Source: an uncultured Caulobacterales bacterium (GTDB lineage Bacteria; Pseudomonadota; Alphaproteobacteria; Caulobacterales; Maricaulaceae). From it: a DNA stretch of 56,996 bases. Below the pieces are notes generated by a model. That model ran no database searches. It saw only the letters and a list, made by a program, of their open reading frames with translations, and was not told the origin of the DNA. Positions 29,603 to 39,370 of this stretch are shown piece by piece. The stretch's first letter is position 1, and every line of letters starts with the position of its first letter. The position numbers and the translations under genes were made by a program. The stretch covers positions 1 to 56,996 of the forward strand of contig CAYGQB010000001.1 of NCBI GenBank assembly GCA_964351895.1. Reading direction: 5' to 3'.

Positions 29603-30943
29603 ATGATCGGCGCGCTGTGGCTCGTCGCCGCCCTCGCTTGGTTGTCGCTGGCCGCCCCGACACGCCACATGGGCGCTGCGGCTGACATGTTGTTGGGCGC
29701 GGTTGGCGCGCTCTTCACGGCCAGCTTCGTGGCGCTCATCTTGGTTCGCCTTTGCGCCGTTTTGACACCGCGTCGCGCCGCCCGCCCGCCGCCGCTCGCC
29801 GATGAGGCGCTGCCTACCTACACCATCGTGGCGCCTTTGTTTCGCGAGGCGAACGTGCTGCCCGCCCTGATTGAGGCGCTGGACCGGCTGGACTATCCGC
29901 GTGACCGTCTCGACATTAAAATCATGCTCGAAGCCGGCGACGCTGAGACACGCGCCGTGGCCGAGGACCTGAATCTCACCGCTCCCTATGAGGTGCTCAT
30001 CGCGCCCCCGGGTGCGCCCCAAACCAAGCCGCGGGCGCTGAACATCGCCTTGGCCGAAGCACGCGGCGCGTTCATCACCGTATTCGACGCAGAAGACCGC
30101 CCTCACCCGCGCCAGCTGCGGTCAGCGGCCGAGGCGTTCGCAGCTGGACCGAGCACCTTGGCCTGCGTCCAGGCGCCGCTGGGCTGGTGGAATGCGCATG
30201 AGAACTGGCTCACGCGTCAGTTTGCCATCGAGTACGCGGCGCAGTTTCATGTCGTCTTGCCGGCCTTGGCGCGGTGGGGATGGCCCCTGCCGCTGGGCGG
30301 CACATCCAACCACTTTCGCCGCGCCGCGCTGGAGGCCTGCGGCGGATGGGACCCGTTCAATGTGACGGAGGACGCCGACATTGGCTATCGACTTGCCGAA
30401 GACGGCTGGATTGCTGATGTGATCGACCAGGGCACTTTGGAGGAGGCGACGACCGGGCGCGTTGCCTGGACACTCCAGAGGTCGCGTTGGATCAAGGGTT
30501 TCATGCAGACTTGGGGCGTGCGCGCGCGCCGCCCTAGCGCCCTGTGGGCCGGCGCAGGGTGGCGCGGATGGGCCAGCGTGCACCTCTTCCTCGCTCTCAC
30601 CGTCGCCTCGGCGTTTCTGCACGGGCCACTCGCGGCGATCACGGGCTGGTCGGTTGTCGCGCACGCGCTGGATTTATCGGGCCCGCGTCTGGGGCTTGGC
30701 GCGCTAGGATTGGTCGCAGCCGGCTACACCGCCTCGGCGTTGACGGGACTTGTTGGCGTGCGCCGCGCTGGTCTGCCGGGGCTTGCTCGATCGCTTGTCT
30801 TCGCGCCGCTCTACTGGCCGTTGCAGAGTTGGGCGGCGGTGCGGGCGCTGCGTGACCTCATCACCCGCCCCTATCACTGGCAAAAGACCCGCCACGGCGC
30901 GACACGCCTTGTGGCGCCTGGGTCAGGTGTTGCAGCGCGATGA
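29603..30943 (+). CDS. family 2 glycosyltransferase, membrane-bound (processive-type layout)
   Basis: N-terminal TM helices, then YTIVAPLFRE...DYP, FDAED (DxD), QRSRW (QxxRW) and C-terminal TM helices. Start set at ATG 29603; the Arg-rich upstream ORF extension looks non-coding. Confidence 0.75.
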   Translation: MIGALWLVAALAWLSLAAPTRHMGAAADMLLGAVGALFTASFVALILVRLCAVLTPRRAARPPPLADEALPTYTIVAPLFREANVLPALIEALDRLDYPRDRLDIKIMLEAGDAETRAVAEDLNLTAPYEVLIAPPGAPQTKPRALNIALAEARGAFITVFDAEDRPHPRQLRSAAEAFAAGPSTLACVQAPLGWWNAHENWLTRQFAIEYAAQFHVVLPALARWGWPLPLGGTSNHFRRAALEACGGWDPFNVTEDADIGYRLAEDGWIADVIDQGTLEEATTGRVAWTLQRSRWIKGFMQTWGVRARRPSALWAGAGWRGWASVHLFLALTVASAFLHGPLAAITGWSVVAHALDLSGPRLGLGALGLVAAGYTASALTGLVGVRRAGLPGLARSLVFAPLYWPLQSWAAVRALRDLITRPYHWQKTRHGATRLVAPGSGVAAR

Positions 30944-31167
30944 GCGTGGGCGGCCCAGATCTGATTGAAACGCTGGCGCTGTTGGCAATCGGCGCCGGGG
31001 TCTCTGTGTTTTGCGGGTGGCGGGCTGAGCGTCCCCACGACATCGCCAAGGGCCCGCGCTTCATCCCGTGGACAATCTTGATGCTCACCGGCGTCGTGTT
31101 CTGCCTGGTGATGATCGTGCACCTGGTCAACATGGCAGGCGTAACAACGGGCCGAACGCGGTTTTAA
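30940..31167 (+). CDS. hypothetical small membrane protein coupled to the GT2 gene
   Basis: ATGA overlap with the GT2 stop. Two hydrophobic helices; 75 aa. Confidence 0.5.
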   Translation: MSVGGPDLIETLALLAIGAGVSVFCGWRAERPHDIAKGPRFIPWTILMLTGVVFCLVMIVHLVNMAGVTTGRTRF

Positions 31168-31227
31168 CCCGCGTTCGACCCGCCATGAGAATGTTACAAT
31201 CAGAGGCCCGCCTGGCTCTCTTCGCGT

Positions 31228-32022
31228 CTAGGCGTCAACCGCGTCGCGTTCGAGCGCCGTCCAGGGAGCGTTGCCCTTTTTCCATAGCGCTTCAAGCAGT
31301 TCACGGTCGCGCAGCGTGTCCATGTTCTGCCAGTAGCCCGGGTGATGATAGCTGGCCAGCTTGCCCGCTTCGGTGATCCGCGAGATCGGCCCGTTTTCCC
31401 AAACCGTGTCGTCGCCGCCGATCATGTCAAACACGTCGGGTTCGCAGACAAAGAAACCACCGTTGATGAGGCCGCCGTCAGTGGCGCCCTTCTCTCTAAA
31501 GCCGCGCACGCGCGACCCGTCGGGCGTCAGATCGAGCGCGCCAAAGCGGCCCGGCATACGCACGGCGGTCAACGTCGCAAAGGCGTCGTGGGCCTCGTGA
31601 TGGGCGATGAGCTTGTTGACGTCCACGTTCGAGACACCGTCGCCGTAGGTCAGGCAGAAGCGTTCGTTGCCAACCACCGCGCCGGCGCGCTTGATGCGGC
31701 CGCCTGTCATGGTCTCCAAGCCGGTATCCAGCACGGTGACGCGCCAATCTTCGGCGGTCGAGCGCAAGGTGGTGACGGCGCCGGAGGACAAATCAACGGT
31801 GAAATCGGAGCAGCTGCGATAGTAGTTAAGGAAGTAGTTGCGAATGAAGTCCGCCTTGTAACCGGCGCAAATCACAAAGTCGTTCAGACCAAACCGGGCA
31901 TAATGGCTCATGATGTGCCAAATGATCGGACGACCACCGATCTCGACCATTGGCTTCGGCCGAACGCCGGTTTCTTCACTCAAGCGCGTGCCAAAACCGC
32001 CCGCTAGTATGACCACCTTCAT
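31228..32022 (-). CDS. rfbF: glucose-1-phosphate cytidylyltransferase
   Basis: MKVVILAGGFGTRLSEET..RPKPMVEIGGRPIIWHIM is the canonical RfbF N-terminus. Start set at ATG 32022. Confidence 0.88.
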   Translation of the reverse strand: MKVVILAGGFGTRLSEETGVRPKPMVEIGGRPIIWHIMSHYARFGLNDFVICAGYKADFIRNYFLNYYRSCSDFTVDLSSGAVTTLRSTAEDWRVTVLDTGLETMTGGRIKRAGAVVGNERFCLTYGDGVSNVDVNKLIAHHEAHDAFATLTAVRMPGRFGALDLTPDGSRVRGFREKGATDGGLINGGFFVCEPDVFDMIGGDDTVWENGPISRITEAGKLASYHHPGYWQNMDTLRDRELLEALWKKGNAPWTALERDAVDA

Positions 32023-32317
32023 GACAGCGCCCCGTCGTCTTGTCGCAGTGTGCCGAAGCGGCCTCACGCCGCCGGCTTTCTTTCGTATAAGCAAAGCAGC
32101 GGCCAGTCTTCTTTTCTGCGCGGGCTGGCGGTCAGATTTGCACGTCGCATCGCAGGCGCGGCAGCGTGCGAGTGGGGGCGCGAGAACGGCGCCGGCGCAA
32201 CGCCGGCACGCCGCGCGCATCGCGTCTGCGGCGTCTGCTTCGATGTGAAACACCGGCGCGCAAGGGGCGGCCGCCGCGAAACACGGCCAAACGGGTTAGA
32301 TGGAGCTGTGAGAGATC

Positions 32318-33448
32318 GTGAGCGAACTTGACGCTGACGTTGTGGTTGCTGGGGCCGGGGTCGTTGGCCTCGCCGTCGCACGCGCTTTTGCCTTGGCCGG
32401 CCGCGAGGTGATCGTGGTTGAGCCAGCCGACGGCGTCGGCTGGGAGACCAGCTCGCGCAACTCGGAGGTGATTCACGCCGGAATCTACTATCCGGCCGGG
32501 TCGCGCAAGGCGCGCACCTGCGTTCGAGGCAAGCACCTTCTCTATGACTTTCTTGAAAGCCGAAAGGTGCCCCACAAGCGCTGCGGCAAGCTGATTGTCG
32601 CGACGAGCGCAGCCCAAGACGAGCGCCTGGAGGCGATCCGAGGGCGCGCAGCGGCCAATGGCGCTGAATTGCACCATCACACCAGGGCGCAAGCCACGGC
32701 GCTGGAACCGAACCTAAGCTGCACGTCAGCCTTGTGGTCGCCGACCACAGGCGTGATGGACAGCCACGGCTACATGCTGGCGCTTCAGGGCGAGGCGGAG
32801 GACCATGGAGCTGGCATTGCCTTTCGCACGCGCATTGAAGCCGGCGAGGTGATGGGCGACGGCACGACGCGTCTGATCTGCAACGGAGCCGATCCGTGCG
32901 TCCTACGCGCGCGTCTCTTCATCAACTGCGCCGGCCTGCACGCCCAAACGCTCGCCCGCGCCATCGACGGCTATCCTGAGGCGCACACGCCCAAGCAGTA
33001 CATCGCGAAGGGAAACTACTTCCAGCTCACTGGCGCCTCGCCGTTTTCACGTCTGATCTACCCGGCGCCTGAACCGGGCGGCCTTGGCGTCCACATTACG
33101 ATCGACATGGGCGGACAAGCGCGGTTTGGACCTGATGTGGAATGGGTTGACGACCTCAACTATACGGTCGATCCCCGGCGGGCGGACGGGTTCTACGACG
33201 CCGTGCGTCGATATTGGCCCGGCCTTCAGGACGGGATGCTAGAGCCGGCCTACGCCGGCATTCGTCCCAAGCTCTCCGGTCCAGGCGAGCCGGACGGAGA
33301 TTTTACCATTCTGGGACCACAACAGCATGGCGTGCCGGGCCACGTGCACTTGTTTGGCATTGAAAGCCCGGGCTTGACGGCCAGCCTCGCGCTCGCCGAA
33401 GAGGTAGTGGAGGCCGCCGAGGCGCGCACGGCGCAGCTCTTGCTCTAG
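32318..33448 (+). CDS. FAD-dependent oxidoreductase (L-2-hydroxyglutarate oxidase-like, DAO family)
   Basis: [14 protein letters not shown] dinucleotide fold, [14 protein letters not shown], and C-terminal [11 protein letters not shown] start. Confidence 0.75.
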   Translation: MSELDADVVVAGAGVVGLAVARAFALAGREVIVVEPADGVGWETSSRNSEVIHAGIYYPAGSRKARTCVRGKHLLYDFLESRKVPHKRCGKLIVATSAAQDERLEAIRGRAAANGAELHHHTRAQATALEPNLSCTSALWSPTTGVMDSHGYMLALQGEAEDHGAGIAFRTRIEAGEVMGDGTTRLICNGADPCVLRARLFINCAGLHAQTLARAIDGYPEAHTPKQYIAKGNYFQLTGASPFSRLIYPAPEPGGLGVHITIDMGGQARFGPDVEWVDDLNYTVDPRRADGFYDAVRRYWPGLQDGMLEPAYAGIRPKLSGPGEPDGDFTILGPQQHGVPGHVHLFGIESPGLTASLALAEEVVEAAEARTAQLLL

Positions 33449-33479
33449 TGCTGCAACGCATCAAACGGGGACGATCATC

Positions 33480-34511
33480 ATGCGGGTGCTTTTTACCGGC
33501 GCGGACGGCTACATCGGTTCGCTTCTTGGGCCGTATCTCCTGAACAAGGGGATCGACGCAGTTGGCCTGGACACAGGCTATTATCGTCAAGGGTGGCTCT
33601 ACCCGATGGCGGGTGCTCGCCCGAGTGTTCTGACCAAGGACATTCGCGAGATCACGCCAGAGGACCTGGAAGGGTTTGACGGGGTTGCTCACCTTGCCGA
33701 ACTGTCCAACGACCCGCTGGGTCAGCAAGACCCGGGTCTGACCCACGACATCAATCACAAGGGCTCGTTGCGCCTTGCCGAGATGGCGCGCGCCGCTGGC
33801 GCCAAGCGCTTCGTGTACATGTCATCGTGTTCGGTTTACGGCGTGGGCAAGCCCGACCAGGTGCTGGACGAGACCAGCCCGGTGAACCCGCAAACCGCCT
33901 ACGCGGAGTGCAAGGCGCTGGTGGAGCGCGACGTGCAACCCATGGCGGGCGACGATTTTGAGCCCTGCTTCCTGCGCAACTCCACCGCCTATGGCGCCAG
34001 CCCGCGCCAACGGTTCGACATCGTCTTGAACGACCTGTGCGGCCTGGCCTGGACCACCAAAGAGATCAAGCTCCTGTCGGACGGCACGCCCTGGCGACCG
34101 CTCGTCCACGCCCTCGACATGTGCCAGGCGGTCCACCTCTCGTTGACCGCGCCTGCGGACGCCATTCGCGGCCAGATCTTCAACGTCGGCTCAGACGATC
34201 AAAACTATCGCGTGCGCGACATCGCCGAGATCGTCGCCAACGAGTTTCCCGGCTGCTCCTTGTCCATCGGTCAACCCAGCGCCGACAACCGCAGCTACCG
34301 CGTCGGATTTAAAAAGATCAAAGAGGTGTTACCGACGTTTTCGTGCCAGTGGACAGCCCAGAAAGGCGCCGCCCAGATGCGGGAAGTCTTTGAGCGGATC
34401 GACATGAGCGCGGACACCTTCACATCTGATCCGTATACGCGCCTCAAAATGCTGATGCGTCTGCGCGGTGCGGGCCTTCTGAACGACAAGCTGTTCTGGA
34501 CCTACGGCTAG
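33480..34511 (+). CDS. NAD-dependent sugar epimerase/reductase (extended SDR)
   Basis: TGADGYIGS Rossmann motif and YAECK (YxxxK). No dehydratase-type TDEVYG motif. Confidence 0.8.
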   Translation: MRVLFTGADGYIGSLLGPYLLNKGIDAVGLDTGYYRQGWLYPMAGARPSVLTKDIREITPEDLEGFDGVAHLAELSNDPLGQQDPGLTHDINHKGSLRLAEMARAAGAKRFVYMSSCSVYGVGKPDQVLDETSPVNPQTAYAECKALVERDVQPMAGDDFEPCFLRNSTAYGASPRQRFDIVLNDLCGLAWTTKEIKLLSDGTPWRPLVHALDMCQAVHLSLTAPADAIRGQIFNVGSDDQNYRVRDIAEIVANEFPGCSLSIGQPSADNRSYRVGFKKIKEVLPTFSCQWTAQKGAAQMREVFERIDMSADTFTSDPYTRLKMLMRLRGAGLLNDKLFWTYG

Positions 34512-34539
34512 GAGCGCCGGAGCACCAGGGGACCCGACC

Positions 34540-35868
34540 ATGATCATCGTTGATACGGCGTTGGCCAAGCGAGAAGCTGAGGGGCGTCCGATCAAGGTCG
34601 GCCTGGTGGGCGCGGGCTATATGGGCGCGGCCCTGACGCTCCAGATTGAAAGCGCGATCCCGGGCATGCAGGTGGCCGGGATCGCGGCGCGCCGCCCCGA
34701 CCAGGCCCTGGGCGCCTATGCGCAAGTCATGGACGCTGACCAGATCGCACGCCCCGACAGCATCGGCGCGATTGAAGACGCTATCGCGCGCGGTCAGCGC
34801 CTTGTCACCGATGATCCAACCGCCTTGGCGCGTGCCGAGGGTCTTGACGCCGTGCTCGAAGTCACGGGCTCAATGGACTTTGCCCTCAGCGCGTCCCGCG
34901 CCGCCCTCAGCTCCGGCAAGCACCTCATCTTGATGAACGCAGAGCTCGACGGCACCGTCGGTCCGCTTTTGGCCGAGTTGGGTCGGCGCGCTGGACAGGT
35001 GGTTTCAAACGCTGATGGTGATCAGCCGGTCGCGGAAATGAACCTGTTGCGCTTTGTGCGCTCCATTGGTCTCAAGCCCATGATGGCGGGCAACATCAAA
35101 GGCCTTCAGGATACGGATCGAAATCCTGACACCCAAGTCGCCTTCGCTGCAAAGTGGGGCCAGAAGCCCGCCAATGTCGCCTCCTACGCCGACGGCACCA
35201 AGATGTCGTTCGAGCAGGCGATTGTGGCCAATGCGACCGGCATGACCGTGGCCCGCCGCGGCATGCTGGGCCCCGACCCCACCGGCAAAGACCCCACCCT
35301 GCCCTTGCGGCCGATCGAGGAGTATCTGCCCCTCCTGACGCCGCATCTAGATCCAGACGGGCCTGGCCTGGTGGACTATGTCGTCGGCGCCAGCCCTGGA
35401 CCGGGCGTGTTCGTCATCGGCTACTGCGATCAGCCGCGCCAGCAACACTTCCTGCGCCAATACAAGATGGGCGACGGCCCGTACTACATGTTCACCACTC
35501 CCTATCACCTTTGCCATTTTGAGGCGCCGCTTTCCGTGGCGCGGGCGGTGGACTTCGGTGATGCGGGCCTGATGTCCCTGGGCGCCCCCCAGGTCGGCGT
35601 CGTGGCGACTGCAAAGCGTGACCTGAAGACCGGCGAAACAATCGACGAATTCGGCGGCTTTTTGACGTATGGTGAGGCTGAAACCAGCCCCAACATCGCT
35701 GCAGAACGTCTGCTGCCGATGGGACTGGCGCAAGGCGCGCGCATCGCCCGGCCCATCGCCAAGGGCGCCACGCTGACCTTCGACGATGTCACCATGCCGG
35801 CCCCGCGGGACATCGACATCGCCTACGCCGAGCAAGACGCCATGTTTCGCTTGTCGCGCACACCGTAG
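34540..35868 (+). CDS. homoserine-dehydrogenase-like NAD-binding oxidoreductase with C-terminal SAF domain
   Basis: N-terminal VGLVGAGYMG Rossmann motif, about 440 aa. The architecture is typical of SAF-domain oxidoreductases found in glycan-modification clusters. Confidence 0.6.
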   Translation: MIIVDTALAKREAEGRPIKVGLVGAGYMGAALTLQIESAIPGMQVAGIAARRPDQALGAYAQVMDADQIARPDSIGAIEDAIARGQRLVTDDPTALARAEGLDAVLEVTGSMDFALSASRAALSSGKHLILMNAELDGTVGPLLAELGRRAGQVVSNADGDQPVAEMNLLRFVRSIGLKPMMAGNIKGLQDTDRNPDTQVAFAAKWGQKPANVASYADGTKMSFEQAIVANATGMTVARRGMLGPDPTGKDPTLPLRPIEEYLPLLTPHLDPDGPGLVDYVVGASPGPGVFVIGYCDQPRQQHFLRQYKMGDGPYYMFTTPYHLCHFEAPLSVARAVDFGDAGLMSLGAPQVGVVATAKRDLKTGETIDEFGGFLTYGEAETSPNIAAERLLPMGLAQGARIARPIAKGATLTFDDVTMPAPRDIDIAYAEQDAMFRLSRTP

Positions 35869-36006
35869 GCGCGCGGGCGCCGAACTCAAAAGTGCGCAGT
35901 TCTTGCAAGCTGCGCTGCAACGCACACAGTGACGCAAGACGTGCGGTCTTGACGCCACGCCGCATGTTCCAAAGCAGCACCAAAATTAGAGAAAGGCGCG
36001 ATCGCC

Positions 36007-37296
36007 ATGGCAGACACCACCACCGCCCTTGAACGCGTCGCCGACGCGCGCGCTGCGAGCGCCGCCGCGCCGACATGCCGACACTGCGGCGCCGATCTGG
36101 TCACTGAGATTGTTGATCTGGGCCTGTCAGCGATCGCCAATGATTTGGTGTCGGCCGACAAGCTCAACGAATCTGAGCGCCTCTACCCTCTGCAAGTACT
36201 GGTCTGCGACAACTGCCATTTGGCCCAAACGCGGGACTTTGTGGTCGGCTCAGACGTCTTCACTGAAGACTATGTCTACTTCTCCTCCACATCCACGTCA
36301 TGGCTCAAGCACGCCGAGACCTATGTTGAGGCCATGGTGCGACGCTTCGGGTTCGGCCCAGAATCGCGCTTTGTCGAGATTGCTTCAAACGACGGCTATC
36401 TCTTGCAGTACATGAAGGCCCACGGCGTGGAGACGCTCGGAATTGAGCCCTGCCAGTCGGTGGCTGACGCGGCCATCGCCAAGGGCATCGACACCCGGGT
36501 CTTGTTCTTTGGTCGCGAGGCCGGCAGGGCGCTGGCCGCCGAGGGCTGGCGGGCGGACGGCATGGCCGCCAACAATGTGCTGGCGCACGTGCCCGACATC
36601 AATGACTTTGTCGGCGGGTTCCAAGAGGTGCTCGCGCCTGAAGGCGTGGCGACGTTCGAAATCCAGCACCTGATGCGCCTGATGCAGGGTCGCCAGTTCG
36701 ACACCGTCTATCATGAGCACTTCTCGTACCTCACACTGATCGCCGGCGAGAAGCTGTTCGCCAGCCAGGGCCTGCGCATCTTTGACGTGGAAGAAGTCAC
36801 CACCCACGGCGGTTCGCTGCGCTTCTTTGTCTGTCAGGACGGGGCCAGCCACCAGCCCACGCAGCGCCTGGCCGACGTGCGCCAAGCTGAACTTGACTAT
36901 GGTTTGGGCACGCCCGCCGCCTACACCGCCTTTAACGAAGAGGTGAAGGCCACCAAGCGCGCCTTCCTGAAGCTTCTGATTGAGCTGAAGGATCAGGGCA
37001 AGACCATCGCTGGCTATGGCGCGCCGGCCAAGGCGACAACGCTCCTCAACTATGTCGGTGTCGGCACCGACATGATCGACTTCATCGTCGACAAGGCGCC
37101 GTCCAAACAGAACCGCTGGGTGCCGGGCGTGCGGGTACCGATCCTGCCGGTGGAAGCCCTTTACGAGGCCAAGCCGGACTACATCATCTTGTTCGTCTGG
37201 AACCTCAAAGACGAGATCATGGCCCAACTCGCCGACGTGAAGGACTGGGACGCCAAGTTCATCTTGCCCCTGCCAGAAGCGCACATCGCCGAGTAG
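36007..37296 (+). CDS. SAM-dependent NDP-sugar C-methyltransferase (TylCIII-like, N-terminal Cys4 zinc ribbon)
   Basis: CRHCG...CDNCHLAQT zinc ribbon, class I methyltransferase core (VEIASNDGYLL), and C-terminal C-methyltransferase domain. Confidence 0.75.
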   Translation: MADTTTALERVADARAASAAAPTCRHCGADLVTEIVDLGLSAIANDLVSADKLNESERLYPLQVLVCDNCHLAQTRDFVVGSDVFTEDYVYFSSTSTSWLKHAETYVEAMVRRFGFGPESRFVEIASNDGYLLQYMKAHGVETLGIEPCQSVADAAIAKGIDTRVLFFGREAGRALAAEGWRADGMAANNVLAHVPDINDFVGGFQEVLAPEGVATFEIQHLMRLMQGRQFDTVYHEHFSYLTLIAGEKLFASQGLRIFDVEEVTTHGGSLRFFVCQDGASHQPTQRLADVRQAELDYGLGTPAAYTAFNEEVKATKRAFLKLLIELKDQGKTIAGYGAPAKATTLLNYVGVGTDMIDFIVDKAPSKQNRWVPGVRVPILPVEALYEAKPDYIILFVWNLKDEIMAQLADVKDWDAKFILPLPEAHIAE

Positions 37297-37342
37297 GGCT
37301 CGACAGATCGCCATCGATCTTGCGCGACCAGACACAAGCTTG

Positions 37343-37384
37343 AGCGCCTCCATCGCACGCGTGTGATGGAGGCGCTTCGTTTTG
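37343..37384 (+). terminator. intrinsic terminator after the C-methyltransferase gene
   Basis: AGCGCCTCCATC-(10 nt loop)-GATGGAGGCGCT followed by TCGTTTTG. Confidence 0.75.
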
Positions 37385-37458
37385 GGGGTCGTGGATTGTG
37401 TGGAATTGGCGTCGGGCGGAACTGGCCGCCGGGGCGCGGCGGGCTAGTTCTGCGCGCC

Positions 37459-38214
37459 ATGACACGCACTCCCAATCTGACACCCCTCGGCGACGGTCTG
37501 AACGTTCTTGTTTTCGGGGCAAGCGGCGGCGTCGGCGCGGCGATGACGCAGCACCTGGCGCGCGCGCCCGGCGTTGCGCATGTCACGGCCGCGTCTCGCA
37601 CGCCCGTTTCCGCGCCTTCGGACAAGGTCAGCGCCCTAGCGTTCGACCTTGCTGACGAAGCCTCCATTGCCGGGGCTGTTGAGCGCGCGTGCGCGCGCGG
37701 GCCCTTGCACCTGGTGGTGGCGGCGACCGGCGTCCTGCATCGCGGCGACGCGCTGGCGCCCGAAAAGTCGCTCAAGGCCCTAACGCCCAACGCCTTCGCA
37801 GAAGTCCTGGCCGTCAACACGATCGGCCCATCTGTCATCGCCAAGCACGCCCTGCCGGCGCTGGACAAGTCCCGCACGGCAGTGCTTGCCGCGCTCTCGG
37901 CGCGGGTCGGCTCTATCAGTGACAATCGGCTCGGCGGCTGGCACGCCTATCGCGCGTCCAAGGCGGCTCTCAATCAGATCATCCGCACCTGCGCCATCGA
38001 GCTGCGCCGCACCCATCCCAAGGCCGCCTGCATCGCCCTTCATCCCGGCACCGTCGACACGGATCTGTCGCGGCCCTATCAGCGCGGTGTTCCGGCCGCC
38101 AAGCTCTTCACCCCCGCGTTTAGCGCCGGCGCCCTCCTGGAGGTGTGCGCCCAGACGACGCCGGCGCACTCGGGACGCATATTTGACTATGCCGGACAGG
38201 AAATCGCGCCGTGA
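37459..38214 (+). CDS. SDR-family oxidoreductase (C-factor-like)
   Basis: FGASGGVG cofactor motif and YRASKAALN (YxxxK). Start set at ATG 37459. Confidence 0.8.
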   Translation: MTRTPNLTPLGDGLNVLVFGASGGVGAAMTQHLARAPGVAHVTAASRTPVSAPSDKVSALAFDLADEASIAGAVERACARGPLHLVVAATGVLHRGDALAPEKSLKALTPNAFAEVLAVNTIGPSVIAKHALPALDKSRTAVLAALSARVGSISDNRLGGWHAYRASKAALNQIIRTCAIELRRTHPKAACIALHPGTVDTDLSRPYQRGVPAAKLFTPAFSAGALLEVCAQTTPAHSGRIFDYAGQEIAP

Positions 38215-38231
38215 CGCCGGCGCCTCCCATG

Positions 38232-38266
38232 ACAAAAGAAAGGCCGCGCAACCAGGTTGCGCGGCC
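38232..38266 (-). terminator. intrinsic terminator for the Sel1-repeat gene
   Basis: GGCCGCGCA-(7 nt)-TGCGCGGCC. On the minus strand it is followed by TTTCTTTTGT. Confidence 0.65.
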
Positions 38267-38305
38267 GATCAGGTGCTCAGCAACTGTGGCGTGAAAGCGC
38301 CAGCC

Positions 38306-39103
38306 TTAGCTCATGGCGAACCAAGACCGTGCAATGGCTTGCGCATCCAGGATCGACTGAGTGGAGAGCCACGACTGTACGTCAACCCGGCGCGCCTGCG
38401 CATCGGGATGGTCACGTTCTTCAGCCAGGGTGAAAAGGGCGTGGGCGCCAATGCGGTCGCCGCGTGTTTCCAGAACTTCGCCCAAGGCAAAGATGGCGGT
38501 GGTGTCCCCAGCCCGCGCGCTGTCCGTCAACAAGGTCTCGGCGACCTCTAGGTCGGCTTCCACGCCGGCGCCCGTCTGATAGGCGAGGCCAAGGTAGGTG
38601 CGCGCCTGGATGTGGCCGGCGTCCGCCGCGGTCGCGAACCAGCCAGCGGCGGCGGTGTCATCGCGGATCACGCCAACGCCGCGCGCCAGCACCATGCCGC
38701 ACTGAAACGCGCCATCGGTGTCACCCGCCTGGGCGGCCTGACACAGGTAGGACGCACCGGCTGAAGCGTTTGCGGCAACGCCTTCGCCCGCCAAGGTCAT
38801 CAAGCCGATTTCACGCATGGCGACCGACGAGCCCGCCTCAGCGGCTTCGGCGTAGATGGCCGCAGCACTGGGGACGTTGACCGGCATGCCAATACCAAAG
38901 CGCGCCATGTAGGCGAGCTCTGCGCCCGCTTCTGCATCGCCGTTGCGGAACGCCTCATCAAAGACGATGGCGGCGGTCAGAAAGTCATTCTTGGCCAGAG
39001 CCGCGCGACCGGATTCAACCGTCGCCAGCGTGTCGATTGCCGAAGCGCTGGCGGCAAAACCAAGCGCGGCAACCGCGCCAATCAAGGTGCGGGTCATCAT
39101 CAT
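38306..39103 (-). CDS. secreted Sel1-like (TPR-family) repeat protein
   Basis: Signal peptide (LIGAVAALGFAASASA), then repeated A..W/Y...A...G...A....G blocks. GGGGGAG RBS before ATG 39103. Confidence 0.75.
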   Translation of the reverse strand: MMMTRTLIGAVAALGFAASASAIDTLATVESGRAALAKNDFLTAAIVFDEAFRNGDAEAGAELAYMARFGIGMPVNVPSAAAIYAEAAEAGSSVAMREIGLMTLAGEGVAANASAGASYLCQAAQAGDTDGAFQCGMVLARGVGVIRDDTAAAGWFATAADAGHIQARTYLGLAYQTGAGVEADLEVAETLLTDSARAGDTTAIFALGEVLETRGDRIGAHALFTLAEERDHPDAQARRVDVQSWLSTQSILDAQAIARSWFAMS

Positions 39104-39208
39104 GTTTGCTCCCCCAGAGCGTATAAAACCGGCGAAACGAGCCTGAGACGCGACAATGCAGGTTCCGGGCCGGGCCCAAGGAGAAACCCGTGTCAGGCAG
39201 GAGCGCAC

Positions 39209-39270
39209 GTGCAGCACAGGCGCCGTCTGGGAGAGGTGAGCGCTGGAGCGGGTGAAGGGCTCGAAATCTC
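39209..39270 (+). pseudogene. selD: possible 5' remnant of selD (start codon plus about 20 codons)
   Basis: AGGAG 5 nt before GTG 39209. Translation MQHRRRLGEVSAGAGEGLEIS resembles the SelD N-terminus (..RLT.YS.GAGCGCKIS), but the Cys/Cys/Lys positions read E/L/E. It runs straight into AT-rich foreign DNA. Confidence 0.3.
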
Positions 39271-39370
39271 AAATAAAAGCAATATATTTCCTTATCCTAA
39301 ATGTATTGCTGACGAAAATTGTTACACATTTTGTATCGCTATTGTTGCACAATATCCTTTGTATCCAGTC
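39261..39370. repeat. AT-rich block with iteron-like direct repeats
   Basis: Hand count gives 34 G+C in 110 nt against a high-GC background. ATTGTTNCACA occurs at 39318 and 39341. TGTATYSC occurs at 39302 and 39332, with a variant copy TGTATCCA at 39360. Confidence 0.7.

Noticed and set aside
39241-39262. Reading the possible selD remnant in a shifted frame to recover a TGA (selenocysteine) at the active-site position (GG TGA AGG...).
   Set aside because: The following codons (R-A-R-N) do not reproduce the G-C-K context, and there is no SECIS-like hairpin downstream (the sequence is AT-rich and unstructured). This is speculative.
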